Position numbers and translations under genes: made by a program. Below, piece by piece: positions 28,163 to 37,716 of a DNA stretch of 64,000 nt. The notes beneath the pieces were generated by a model. The model was not told the DNA's origin and searched no databases. It saw only the letters and a list, made by a program, of their open reading frames with translations. This stretch comes from a virus (lineage: Duplodnaviria; Heunggongvirae; Uroviricota; Caudoviricetes): the IMG/VR virus record IMGVR_UViG_3300028992_000036. The stretch is one strand, 5' to 3'. Positions within the stretch are counted from its first letter, which is position 1. Every line of letters begins with the position of its first letter.

Positions 28163-29848
28163 TCATTTAACGCGTTTGAAAACGTATACGCTGACTGTGA
28201 TCCCTGTGTCTTCAAACTCGTTGGTAAACGACTTCCCTCTGGCATAAACGTAATTATCCATCGTCATCCAGTCCAGTATTGGCGCAGTGCCCGGCAATAC
28301 TGCTACAAGACGCCCGCCGACTTTCAGATGCCCCAGCGCAGCCAGCGTGTGCTCTCTATGACGACCAAGCGAGTACGGCGGGTTCATAACGATTTTGTCG
28401 AACTGATAACCTGCGTTGTCCTCAGACCACTTTATGAAGTCGCAGCAAATCGTGTTCGTATACCCTTTTCCACGCAGGATATCAGCGAAGAGAGGTGCGA
28501 TTTCTATGCAGGTAACATCTTCCAGATCGGCGTCAATATAGGCCAGAAGATCCCCACGTCCGGCTTGAGGCTCCAACAGCTTCTCACCAGGCTTCAATTC
28601 AGTGGCTCTTGCAACGTACTCAGCAATCAAGCGTGGGGTAGGGTAGAACTGGTGTGATTTTGTATCCGGTATTAAACCGGTAGCCACAATCGTATTTAGC
28701 GTATGGCCGATGTCATACGGGAACTGCCAGTGCTTTTTCTCCTGCACGCCGCCAATGAAGCTCAGTGTGCGCTCAAGCTCTTCCACCTGCGACTTCTGGA
28801 GAGCTGAATCAGAGAAGTACCATACACCTTTGTCTTTGCTCAATCGCCCGTCACGAAGCGCAGTGCGAACCGGCACGGAGATCGTCTTCTGGATTAAACC
28901 GAACTGCTTTGGTGCCCGTGTTTTTGGCGCAGTTCGGCATGGCGCGGGGATTGCAGCAGGCATACTGTAAGCCAGCACCTCATTCAACTTCCAGGCCACG
29001 TCAGGATGTATTTCAAAGTGAACGTTGCCGTTCTTGAACATCTTCACGCGCATCAGATTTCCATCGACGTTCATCCAGTCACCGGTCTGGCAGTCGTTTG
29101 CCCGATACGCAGCTGATAGCACCTCAGCAGTGCGGTTGATGGTAATAAATTCTTTGTGCGCGAAGAAATGAAGCAAGACACGCAGATCGTCGATGTAGTC
29201 CTCTTTGCGATAGTTCACGCTAACGCTGTCCCGCCAGAAATCAGAAATGCAGTCAGCGATTATCAGCCGCTCGCTGAAACCATTTGTCTTATTTGTCTTG
29301 TGCACAGGACTCAGCGCCTTAAACAAGCCATACACGCGCTCAGAGAGATATTTGTGCCTGTCATTCAGCAAATTAAGCATCGTGGGTATGACCGTTTCTG
29401 CTTTGAACTCCGGTACACCAACGAACTCTTTAACCTTCATCTGGTAGCCGGTTCTGTCAGTTTTGATGACTTCCTGTTTGCCCTCTATAAACTGCTCGCG
29501 CCACTCATCTCGACGGGAAGCTGGCATGATCAGCAAAACGTTAGTCATGTCCGTGACCTTCCTCCAGTACTCGGCCCAAATATTCTGTTTCACCCATTCC
29601 AGATCGACTTTATCCAACCAACCTCGATTTAAACGCGAGCGATCTTCATCTGGTCGATGGTTTAGTTTCAGCAGGCGATTAATCATGTTGTGGCGTTCGT
29701 CGCCATAAACGAAGTTGTGAACCTGATACATGAAGGCGATCTCTTTCTCGCACTCGGCCACAATTTCGTGGATAACGTTCATTTCCTGACGATAATCGAT
29801 AGCAGTGTTTGAGCTGGCATCGTCGATGATGGAAAGGGCTGTATTCAT
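28163..29848 (-). CDS. putative N6-adenine DNA methyltransferase with large N-terminal domain of unknown function
   Basis: C-terminal 170 aa carry FYPTP, motif I LLEPQAGRGDL and motif IV NPPYS; N-terminal about 390 aa has no recognisable motifs. Confidence 0.6.
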   Translation of the reverse strand: MNTALSIIDDASSNTAIDYRQEMNVIHEIVAECEKEIAFMYQVHNFVYGDERHNMINRLLKLNHRPDEDRSRLNRGWLDKVDLEWVKQNIWAEYWRKVTDMTNVLLIMPASRRDEWREQFIEGKQEVIKTDRTGYQMKVKEFVGVPEFKAETVIPTMLNLLNDRHKYLSERVYGLFKALSPVHKTNKTNGFSERLIIADCISDFWRDSVSVNYRKEDYIDDLRVLLHFFAHKEFITINRTAEVLSAAYRANDCQTGDWMNVDGNLMRVKMFKNGNVHFEIHPDVAWKLNEVLAYSMPAAIPAPCRTAPKTRAPKQFGLIQKTISVPVRTALRDGRLSKDKGVWYFSDSALQKSQVEELERTLSFIGGVQEKKHWQFPYDIGHTLNTIVATGLIPDTKSHQFYPTPRLIAEYVARATELKPGEKLLEPQAGRGDLLAYIDADLEDVTCIEIAPLFADILRGKGYTNTICCDFIKWSEDNAGYQFDKIVMNPPYSLGRHREHTLAALGHLKVGGRLVAVLPGTAPILDWMTMDNYVYARGKSFTNEFEDTGITVSVYVFKRVK

Positions 29849-29989
29849 AATTACACCATTAAATAATTTGTTTTCTGATTGGTGTAATTATCGCAAACTT
29901 GAAAAGGCATAAAAGCTGCATTCATAGGCGTTACAGCAGATTTAAGGCGTAAAAATGGGGGCTGTCGCCCCCTGTCGACTGGTGCTGTA

Positions 29990-30556
29990 TTAGAGTGCGT
30001 ATTGCGTTTTGTGCGGCTGCTTATTCAAGTCATGGCGATGCGTGAGCTCCCGCATCATGTCTTCAAGGCGACTCTTTGTGTCGTCGAGCTGGTCGGCCAT
30101 TGCACCTAAAAGCTGGCGAACGGCCATCGGATCGTCGCTGTTTAGTGATGGCATTTTAGAACCTGCTTTAGAAGACATAAGGTTGATTGCAGACATCAAC
30201 ATCGTTAGAGAGGATTTAAGCCCGGCAATTTCACGATCTTTGCTGGCAATAATCGTCTCACTTTTGTTACCGTCATCAGTTTCTTGAGTCTCGCTCACCA
30301 TATCCAAAGTCGCTTGCAACTTATCAGCTCTCTCTTTTTCAGCAAGGTAATGAACACCGAAATGGTGTGCCAAAGCTACAATCTGAGTTGGCTCTTCAAA
30401 GGTGGAATTAAAATTAAGTATTGTAAACAGTCTCTCAAATATGGAAACGTCTTCTATTCCTCGAAGAATGGCTAACATTTTGACCAGTTCATTAGCATCC
30501 ATTTCTTCGAATAAGGCGTTTTGTTCATCAGCTATCGCTTTGCATTTCTTGCACAT
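29990..30556 (-). CDS. hypothetical protein
   Basis: 188-aa ORF with AGGAAAAACAC Shine-Dalgarno and upstream AAACAAGTTGTTTTCT motif. Confidence 0.45.
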   Translation of the reverse strand: MCKKCKAIADEQNALFEEMDANELVKMLAILRGIEDVSIFERLFTILNFNSTFEEPTQIVALAHHFGVHYLAEKERADKLQATLDMVSETQETDDGNKSETIIASKDREIAGLKSSLTMLMSAINLMSSKAGSKMPSLNSDDPMAVRQLLGAMADQLDDTKSRLEDMMRELTHRHDLNKQPHKTQYAL

Positions 30557-30853
30557 GTGTTTTTCCTAATGCTTAAACAAGTTGTTTTCTTATTGTCTTT
30601 ATTGTGATGTGGCATAAAAGGGGAGCAAGCTAAACGTAAAGGTGCAAACTCTCTATTTCGGTCAACGAAACACAAGGGCCATTTGGCCCTTGTCATTAAC
30701 ACTTTGCTTTACGAACTAACGGATAAGCGAAGTAGATCGCCAAACCAATGAGGACGCCATCAGAAATGACAGACATCATCTTTCCCGTAAAATCCACCAA
30801 CACCGCCATCACCAGAAGAGCAATGACGATCACAAGCCGGAATCTCTCAAGCA

Positions 30854-31279
30854 TTAGAGATAAGCATCCAGTGACAACTGAAGCGCCTGGGCGATCTTTT
30901 TCAGTGCCTGCTCTTCTTGTTCACCAATGCCGTCCTGATCGGCAATATCAAGGCACAGACACAGAACATCGACCGCCTCTGGAGTACCCGCAATATCAGA
31001 CAGCTCACGAATAGCCTGTGCATTAGCAGAACGAGGGGACGCTTCGTAACGAGCACGGATATTGGCGCTCATTTGGGCAATTTCACCAGCAAACGGAGAA
31101 AACGCAGGCAGAGCTGCAATTGTCTTCTCAAGAATGGCAATTTCTTTTGCGTCACATGTGCCGTCGGCATAGGAGATCATGTACGCGCCCCACACGGTGG
31201 CCTCAACCGCATCACGGTTCTCCATTTTTTTGACTTCGATAACAGCTTTACGAGTTTTCTTTTTGAAGAAACCTAACAT
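30854..31279 (-). CDS. TerB-like (tellurite-resistance TerB fold) protein
   Basis: 141 aa; paired ADG-x-x-D-x-x-E and DIADQDGIGEQEEQALKKIAQAL motifs typical of TerB family; AAAAGGAAAG Shine-Dalgarno. Confidence 0.5.
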   Translation of the reverse strand: MLGFFKKKTRKAVIEVKKMENRDAVEATVWGAYMISYADGTCDAKEIAILEKTIAALPAFSPFAGEIAQMSANIRARYEASPRSANAQAIRELSDIAGTPEAVDVLCLCLDIADQDGIGEQEEQALKKIAQALQLSLDAYL

Positions 31280-31372
31280 GTGCTTTCCTTTTATTATTTG
31301 TCAAAACAAGTTGTTTTCTAATTACATAAATTGCTTACGCAGAGATGGTCAATGCATATGCACTAACAGCCG

Positions 31373-31561
31373 TCAGAAATAACCAAGTACCGAACCAACT
31401 GGAAAAACAAAAATCCCAACTACACGAGCCAAGGTCATGCCAGCCTGAAACTGGAGATCGCCAGAGCAAACAAGTTTTATAATGTTCGATACCCAACCGG
31501 CGGCCATAAGGGCAAGAATTGCCAGCCAAATTTTTCCAAAGTGATTTGAAAACCAGTTCAT
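31373..31561 (-). CDS. small membrane protein
   Basis: 62 aa, two hydrophobic helices; ATG overlaps the stop of the upstream ORF (ATGA coupling). Confidence 0.4.
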   Translation of the reverse strand: MNWFSNHFGKIWLAILALMAAGWVSNIIKLVCSGDLQFQAGMTLARVVGIFVFPVGSVLGYF

Positions 31562-31809
31562 ACAACCGCCTTAGTCACAGCATGATCCTGAGTAACTGGA
31601 TGAACTTGAGGTATCGCATCCACCGCCATCCCATCCAGAGTGACAGGACGCTCCACTGGAGTGGTGGTAATTGTCGTCGACGAAGGTGTGGTGATGGATG
31701 AATCCGGCATCAAAAGGCTCTGACCGGCTGGAACGGCTACCGTCGCCAGTGAAACTATAATGAGAACGTAGGCCATTGGTTTCAGCCTCTTTCTTTGAAA
31801 ATTTTCCAT
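31558..31809 (-). CDS. small Thr/Pro-rich secreted or membrane protein (overlaps alternative frame of 31571-32065)
   Basis: AAGGACAG Shine-Dalgarno before ATG; hydrophobic N-terminal segment; stop coupled to downstream start. Confidence 0.35.
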   Translation of the reverse strand: MENFQRKRLKPMAYVLIIVSLATVAVPAGQSLLMPDSSITTPSSTTITTTPVERPVTLDGMAVDAIPQVHPVTQDHAVTKAVV

Positions 31810-32065
31810 TCGAACTGTCCTTGTTGTTTTTCTCCTTCACTAAAGGCCGTGCATTTTTCGCTTCGCGTGAAGAACCAGAGGCAACAATCGCCCCCACGTT
31901 CGCAACAACTGACGCTTGATTATCTAAACGTTCATTCAGCAACCGAACGGTAGTCTCTAGTTCATCAAGGCGTGACATAACACGACCGCTAAATAATTCG
32001 GCCAAAATTTGACGTAAAGAACGAGGACGTTTAGTTACAGAAGTGAAATAGGTTTGACGTGCCAT
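31571..32065 (-). CDS. hypothetical protein; N-terminal coiled-coil-like half, C-terminal Gly/Ser/His/Cys-rich tail in the frame overlapping 31558-31809
   Basis: GGATGGAG Shine-Dalgarno before ATG at 32065; N-terminal 85 aa protein-like; 3' half is dual-coding. Confidence 0.35.
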   Translation of the reverse strand: MARQTYFTSVTKRPRSLRQILAELFSGRVMSRLDELETTVRLLNERLDNQASVVANVGAIVASGSSREAKNARPLVKEKNNKDSSNGKFSKKEAETNGLRSHYSFTGDGSRSSRSEPFDAGFIHHHTFVDDNYHHSSGASCHSGWDGGGCDTSSSSSYSGSCCD

Positions 32066-32213
32066 GTGGACTCCATCCAGTGTCAGAAAGAGTTGCGGCT
32101 GGCGATTGCCAGCCGCCTTTCTCGTTCCATCCTGGAACTGTGTCTTACCGACACATTGTCATCCTGACGCCGATAAGATACATGATTTAAAATGATAGGT
32201 AAACACTTACTTA

Positions 32214-32804
32214 CTATTTATTATAAACAAAACCAATATCTTTCTTGTGAGGCATATCTGCTGCTGAAAAAGCTGCGATCTTCGCGAGTCGATCACATAT
32301 TTCATTTTCACGATGCCCGGCGTGACCTTTAACCCACTTCCAGCGAACATTATGTCGACTTGCGGCCTCATCCAGACGCTTCCACAGATCAACATTCTTT
32401 ACCGGTTTTTTGTCAGAAGTCATCCATCCATTGCGTTTCCACCATTTCATCCACTGTGTCATGCCGTTTTTCAGATACTGGCTATCAGAGTGCAAAATAA
32501 CGTTGCATGGATATTTCAAACGCTCCAGCCCGATAAGTGCCCCCATCATCTCCATGCGGTTATTGGTGGTGCTATGAAAACCATCTGAGAACTCGCGTTC
32601 CTCACCACGATACTGGAGAACGATACCGTAACCGCCCGGGCCACCCGGATTTTTAAGGCAAGAGCCATCACTAAAGATTTTCACGGTTTTAAGCTGGGGA
32701 TTGAACTCTACGACAGGCGTTGTGGGATTGGTGCGGGGGGAATTTTTGTTTTTGGCTTTTTTGCGAGTTTTTGCTTGCGATCGGGCTGGTGTCTTCGTCG
32801 TCAT
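32214..32804 (-). CDS. rnhA: ribonuclease HI with about 40-aa basic N-terminal extension (start curated to MTTKTPARS)
   Basis: Core [24 protein letters not shown]...[11 protein letters not shown]...HSDSQY...[10 protein letters not shown]...[15 protein letters not shown] closely parallels E. coli RNase HI; CAGGAG Shine-Dalgarno. Confidence 0.85.
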   Translation of the reverse strand: MTTKTPARSQAKTRKKAKNKNSPRTNPTTPVVEFNPQLKTVKIFSDGSCLKNPGGPGGYGIVLQYRGEEREFSDGFHSTTNNRMEMMGALIGLERLKYPCNVILHSDSQYLKNGMTQWMKWWKRNGWMTSDKKPVKNVDLWKRLDEAASRHNVRWKWVKGHAGHRENEICDRLAKIAAFSAADMPHKKDIGFVYNK

Positions 32805-33386
32805 ATAAACTCCTGAATCAAGCGCCGCGCCGATTTTTCCTCGCGCGTGCGCACACGCGTGCGTGTTAATAATTATTAAAATAAACAAATTACTTCCCAG
32901 AACAGGTTTTTATAAACCTGAACTGAACGAACGAAGTGAGTGAAGTTCACCTCGAACGAAGTGAGAGGTTGTCTTTTCAGGTAATACTCTCCCAGGGAGG
33001 TGAGTATAAAAATCTCTCACCAACCTGGTCGTTTCATAACCTGAAAAGTTATGGTCTAAGTCTACTGCCAGCTTAGACTTGGGAAGTTATGGATGACAGC
33101 ACCCCAGAACCGAGATCTTCCCACACTTTATGAAGGGGAGTACTGGATTCAACCTCTCGAAACACCCCAGACTCGACAATCATAAAGTGACCCTTGTCTC
33201 TGCTCACTTTGGTTCCCCCTTCCCCGACACCTAAACGGCACCAGTTCTACGCTGGTAGTGAGCTTTTTTAAACCTGACGCCAGTGACGCTTACCCCCACC
33301 CATCAGGTCGAGTCTCCAGTCTACGACTGGAAACTATCAGATCTTAGCACTTACAATTCACTTTATGAATAGTTTGTACTTATCTA

Positions 33387-33641
33387 TCATTGTGATTGAT
33401 TATTTTCTCTACCATGTAGTTGAACATTCAAGGCAAACACCTCATTGATCAACTCACCTAAAAGCTGTTCAACAAGTTCGCGATGCTCGCCAAGATGCAA
33501 GCACTTAATTGCCCATTCGTACAAGTTGAAAGCCTGCTCACGATCTTTCATCATTTCACGAGCCTGGGCCAGAAAATCGCTCTCTACGAGCGCAACGACA
33601 TTAGTCGGGTATGACATGTTGGTTTCCTTAAAGTGGTTCAT
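33387..33641 (-). CDS. hypothetical small protein
   Basis: 84-aa ORF. Confidence 0.4.
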   Translation of the reverse strand: MNHFKETNMSYPTNVVALVESDFLAQAREMMKDREQAFNLYEWAIKCLHLGEHRELVEQLLGELINEVFALNVQLHGRENNQSQ

Positions 33642-33723
33642 AAAATCGATTTTAAAGCGTCTGGGAAGGGGTTCTAGTGGATTCTGTTGTGATGTTCAGG
33701 TCTGGAGTCTCTGATACAAAACA

Positions 33724-33780
33724 GCCTGCTTCCGTATATTAATAATTAATATGTAGTTATTTATATATACAGAAGCAGGC
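33724..33780. repeat. 55-bp palindrome GCCTGCTTCCGTATAT...ATATATACAGAAGCAGGC, copy 2 of 2
   Basis: Same arms as the 8227-8281 element; lies just upstream of the Dam-like methyltransferase gene. Confidence 0.55.
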
Positions 33781-33802
33781 TAATTACAGACGCCAGAACA
33801 AA

Positions 33803-34396
33803 CTAAGCAGCCTTCTTTGATGGTCTTTTTTTCCTGATCACATTCGCAGGATCATACCCTCCCAGACTTTTCATGACGTCCAAAGGGATCTTGCTTATAG
33901 AGTGCCCAGCGTCCTGACAGAATCCTCGAAAAACAACGAGCATACTGCCACCTGGGTTGATGTTTACTTCTACCTGACCCAGATTTACGTCAGGCTCGAC
34001 AAACGCTACGCGGCCACCAGACAGAATAATCGTCTCATTCGCACACTCTGTTGCACGCTCATACCACTTTGTATCTAGGGATTGAGGAATTAGCATCACT
34101 GTTGTAACTCCGCGAGCCTGCTCACGTATAGCCGCATCAATCCAGGGGTAGATTTTGGAGTAGGGTGGATTGAGGAAGGCAATTGTACCTGGCTGTCCCC
34201 ATTCAGATTTCAAAGCATCACGCTCAACGCCTATGAAATTAGGCAGCTTTGCATTGTCCTTGTTGCAGGCAACGTCAACATCAAATGTCACTCCAAGATA
34301 ACGTTGAATGGCAGAAAACAGCCAGTCAGGTGTTCTCCAGAGGTCACGAAGAGAGTTGTCACGCTTTCGCTGTTTGATTTTTTCGGCTGCAATCAT
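33803..34396 (-). CDS. phage-type DNA N6-adenine methyltransferase (Dam-like)
   Basis: FLNPPYS catalytic motif in a compact 197-aa protein. Confidence 0.7.
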   Translation of the reverse strand: MIAAEKIKQRKRDNSLRDLWRTPDWLFSAIQRYLGVTFDVDVACNKDNAKLPNFIGVERDALKSEWGQPGTIAFLNPPYSKIYPWIDAAIREQARGVTTVMLIPQSLDTKWYERATECANETIILSGGRVAFVEPDVNLGQVEVNINPGGSMLVVFRGFCQDAGHSISKIPLDVMKSLGGYDPANVIRKKRPSKKAA

Positions 34397-34579
34397 CTTC
34401 TTTCTCGATAGGTAAGTAAATACCTATTTTTGCATTTGATTTTATGTCTGGCAATCAAATAAAACGCGCCAGAAATGCAAACGAGAAGCTCTCTGGCGCG
34501 TTTTTGTGGTGCTGGGTATGTGATTGGCTTACCCAGTACTATAAAGCTCTCTATGGGCTTTATTTTAAGTAGGGGAACG

Positions 34580-35389
34580 TCATCCAATAGTGTACTCCGC
34601 GACAAACTTCTTAACGATCGGTGATTCTTCGTTCAATGTTAGATTTCCACCGTCTCTAACGGCAATTCCTGTCGCTGGAAATACAGCCATCATTTGCCCA
34701 GCCTGAGTTGACGCAGTGTTAAGCGGATACGGTTTTTCTGGATTGCTCATTAAAGCAATCTTAATACTATTACTTGTAGCCTTCTTTTCTGTGAGAAGGT
34801 GTCTCATGGAAATTACCGTGTAAACACTAATATCTGGACCTCCGCTAAACCAATTAAGAAGGTTTAATATCTTATCCTTTGCTTTGACAGGCGCGTTATC
34901 GTAAGCGTCTAAGAAAATATCTTTTTCTAAGCCCGCTTTATTGAAAAACGAATCATCTTTATCACTTAAAGTAAAACGAGGACCTCTTGCAGTACGAGCT
35001 TTTTTATTTGTATTGCTATCATTTGACTGTTGAACTTTTAATTCATCATTAACCTCAACACACTCTTCAACCTCAATAAATCCCAATTGTTCTGGCTCGT
35101 TTTCGGCAGCTTCAACACTTTCAGCGTTAATTACGTTTATAGGCTCATGCGCTAACTCCAACTCATTTAAAGCAGAGCTGAAATCACCTGCTTTTTCTTC
35201 ATTGAAAAGTTCTTCGGCAACATCATCAGAACTCATGGCTACGCCAGCATCTAGGCCGAGCAGCAGATCGTCAATATCATCAGTATTTTCAACCTGTGCA
35301 GCTTTTTTTACTGGTTCATCAAGTGATTGCAACATGGCTGTCAGCTCGTCCAGATCATCATTTGTCATTACATTTTCAACCGAACTCAT
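34580..35389 (-). CDS. hypothetical acidic protein
   Basis: 269 aa, extremely acidic N-terminal 120 aa; followed by bidirectional hairpin terminator at about 34455-34505. Confidence 0.45.
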   Translation of the reverse strand: MSSVENVMTNDDLDELTAMLQSLDEPVKKAAQVENTDDIDDLLLGLDAGVAMSSDDVAEELFNEEKAGDFSSALNELELAHEPINVINAESVEAAENEPEQLGFIEVEECVEVNDELKVQQSNDSNTNKKARTARGPRFTLSDKDDSFFNKAGLEKDIFLDAYDNAPVKAKDKILNLLNWFSGGPDISVYTVISMRHLLTEKKATSNSIKIALMSNPEKPYPLNTASTQAGQMMAVFPATGIAVRDGGNLTLNEESPIVKKFVAEYTIG

Positions 35390-35547
35390 GTAAGTCTCCT
35401 TCTGTTTGGTTACATTTGCGTTTCGATGGCTGCATTTTGACTAAACCTATCAGGCGGAAAAGTATTAAATACAGGCAGAAAATGATTGAAAGGCGACTGT
35501 TCTTTAAAAAAAAGCCTACTTTAAACTTTTTAAAGTAGGCTTTTGTT

Positions 35548-36105
35548 TTACACAATTTCAGAGGGTAATTTAAAAAATCCGTACTTATTACGTGCCTTAA
35601 AGAAGCATTGCATCATTAAGTTTGTGTCATATAAGGCACTATGTGCTTTGGCATGATCGTATATAAAGCCAAGAGAGAAGGCCAACTCTTCAAGGCGGGG
35701 ACGTTTACCGTCTTCTGTGGCCCACAATCCCGATAACATAGTATCTATAACAGGAACTTCTGGCAGTCTTACTCCATACCCTGAAAACTCGTGTCGAATA
35801 AATGGTATATCAAATGCTTCGCCGTTATGAGCAACCCACACACTACATGCCCCCATATAAGCGCCAATTTCGCTGGCATGATTTGACAACAAAGGTTCAG
35901 CTGCGAGCTGTTCCAATGAAATGCCATGAACGGCTTGAGCTTTCGGATCTATGTTTCTGCGAGGGTTAAAACGCATCTCCAGACTATCAATATGTCTCTG
36001 TGTCTCCAGTTCATAGCGGGTAATTGCGATTTCAATAATTTTATGACCAGCAAGGAAATCCAGTCCCGTAGACTCGATATCGATGCCTGCAACAATCGTT
36101 GTCAT
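35548..36105 (-). CDS. DnaQ-like 3'-5' exonuclease (DEDDh family)
   Basis: Exo I AGIDIESTG, Exo II VAHNGEAFD, Exo III HSALYD motifs. Confidence 0.7.
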   Translation of the reverse strand: MTTIVAGIDIESTGLDFLAGHKIIEIAITRYELETQRHIDSLEMRFNPRRNIDPKAQAVHGISLEQLAAEPLLSNHASEIGAYMGACSVWVAHNGEAFDIPFIRHEFSGYGVRLPEVPVIDTMLSGLWATEDGKRPRLEELAFSLGFIYDHAKAHSALYDTNLMMQCFFKARNKYGFFKLPSEIV

Positions 36106-36114
36106 CAGAACTCC

Positions 36115-36534
36115 TTACAACTTCTTAGCGCCCTTAAGTAGTGCGCTACGTACAAATTGAGCCGCTTTTTTCAAAGTTTCTTCACTGGTTTCACAGACAA
36201 TCGGATCTTTCCACTTACCTGACACAGTGTTGAGAATATTGATTTGGTTGCTATCCAGACAAACAGAGATATAAAGCACTGTGCCACCAGCCAGCATCAA
36301 ATGCATAGGAAACAGAGGCTTTTTACTGCCTTCACTGAACTGAGACATGGCGATGTTAATGGCTTCACCCACTTGTGTACCAACAAGCCCCTGCGCAGTT
36401 TCGAATATGGCACGAATAGCCAGACGAGCCTCTCGATCGCTCATAAGCGACCGGGAATGTTCGTCCGCTACACGAATCAAAGCCTCTGTTGTTTTCCGAT
36501 CCAGTTCATCTTCAAGCAACATTTCACTAAACAT
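36115..36534 (-). CDS. hypothetical protein
   Basis: 139-aa ORF in operon. Confidence 0.4.
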   Translation of the reverse strand: MFSEMLLEDELDRKTTEALIRVADEHSRSLMSDREARLAIRAIFETAQGLVGTQVGEAINIAMSQFSEGSKKPLFPMHLMLAGGTVLYISVCLDSNQINILNTVSGKWKDPIVCETSEETLKKAAQFVRSALLKGAKKL

Positions 36535-36595
36535 TTTTTATCCTTAACCCATTTTGAGAGTTTTATTGTCGCAATGTCGAAGAGGCGAACAATTT

Positions 36596-37240
36596 CTAAT
36601 GAACGGTCACTCGGCCACAGAACCGGTTTTCTATCTTTTCTACAGCGTTATCTAGCATTCTCATCACTGATCTGGCTCTTGCTTCAACCGTGCGATATCG
36701 GTTGGAAACGACGAAGGTTTGCAGATCTCCCCTTTGCGGATGCAGGTGAATTTTTGTCAGTTCCCCGCACATCAACGCATCAATACGAGCGACATACAGA
36801 CGGTCTAATGATGCTCGTTGTGATCGCAAGTAATCTCGCTCTGAGAGAGCGACTCCCGGGCGTAAGCCAGCAATGGCGTTAAAGTTTGAAATAGCAGTTT
36901 TGTGGCAAAACTTTTCGATATCGAGGGCTAACTCAATACACCGATCTTCATTTGTATGGCCGACCAAATCCAACGTGTAGGCCATAACATCAGCAGGTGT
37001 GCGATCGATAACAAAGCCTTCAACACCACGCGTAAGTAGCTCTATATGCTTTGCTATTTCCATTTGAATCTGAAGCCGCTCATATAGAGGCATAGAATCA
37101 CCTACTCGAACACCGAGGCGGCTCATCAAACTTCCGACACCAGCATCCACGTAAGGGATTCCGTAATGTTTGTCGATATATTTAGCCAGGGTTGTTTTCC
37201 CACTGCCCTGAGCACCAGTGATCCCAATCCGGTAATCCAT
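36596..37240 (-). CDS. P-loop NTPase, putative (deoxy)nucleotide kinase
   Basis: N-terminal GITGAQGSGKTTLAKYI Walker A typical of small nucleotide kinases; sits in the nucleotide-metabolism operon. Confidence 0.5.
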   Translation of the reverse strand: MDYRIGITGAQGSGKTTLAKYIDKHYGIPYVDAGVGSLMSRLGVRVGDSMPLYERLQIQMEIAKHIELLTRGVEGFVIDRTPADVMAYTLDLVGHTNEDRCIELALDIEKFCHKTAISNFNAIAGLRPGVALSERDYLRSQRASLDRLYVARIDALMCGELTKIHLHPQRGDLQTFVVSNRYRTVEARARSVMRMLDNAVEKIENRFCGRVTVH

Positions 37241-37716
37241 TACGACCTTCTGTATACGATCTGCGAAAAGCCAGGCTCTTCCTCGCTGGCTCGTTGGGTA
37301 TAAGCTGTTTCAACAGGCACAAAGCCTAAGTTACGCATCATGCTTGCCGGGAAGAATGCATCGGCGTTTGGTACATCAATGCCGATGTGGGAGAGCCAAA
37401 TCTCTTCAACATGCGGCATGAATAGCGAGTAAATTTGTTCCCCGCCAATCACCCACACAGGCTCTGGTAATCGCAACACATCATCCACACCAGCAGGGTA
37501 GAATCCATTTGGTACAAAGCCATGAGAGCGCGTCAAAACGAGGTTATGACGCTCTGGAAGAGGGCGTTTGAGACTTTCCATCGTTTTACGCCCCATAACG
37601 ACAGTGGCGTTTTTGGTGAGTCTCTTAAATAGCTTCAGATCGGTAGAACAACGCCAGGGGAGTTCATTCGCTATGCCGATCTCATAGTTACGGCCAACAG
37701 CAGCGATCATCTTCAT
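37240..37716 (-). CDS. dihydrofolate reductase
   Basis: MKMIAAVGRNYEIGIANELPWRCSTDLKLFKRLTKNATVVMGRKTMES parallels the DHFR N-terminus (IGxxxxxPW ... VMGRKT). Confidence 0.8.
   Translation of the reverse strand: MKMIAAVGRNYEIGIANELPWRCSTDLKLFKRLTKNATVVMGRKTMESLKRPLPERHNLVLTRSHGFVPNGFYPAGVDDVLRLPEPVWVIGGEQIYSLFMPHVEEIWLSHIGIDVPNADAFFPASMMRNLGFVPVETAYTQRASEEEPGFSQIVYRRS

Noticed and set aside
34393-34605. 70-aa ORF between the Dam-like methyltransferase and the acidic protein
   Set aside because: Overlaps a strong bidirectional hairpin terminator (about 34455-34505) and the 3' end of the upstream gene; likely spurious.
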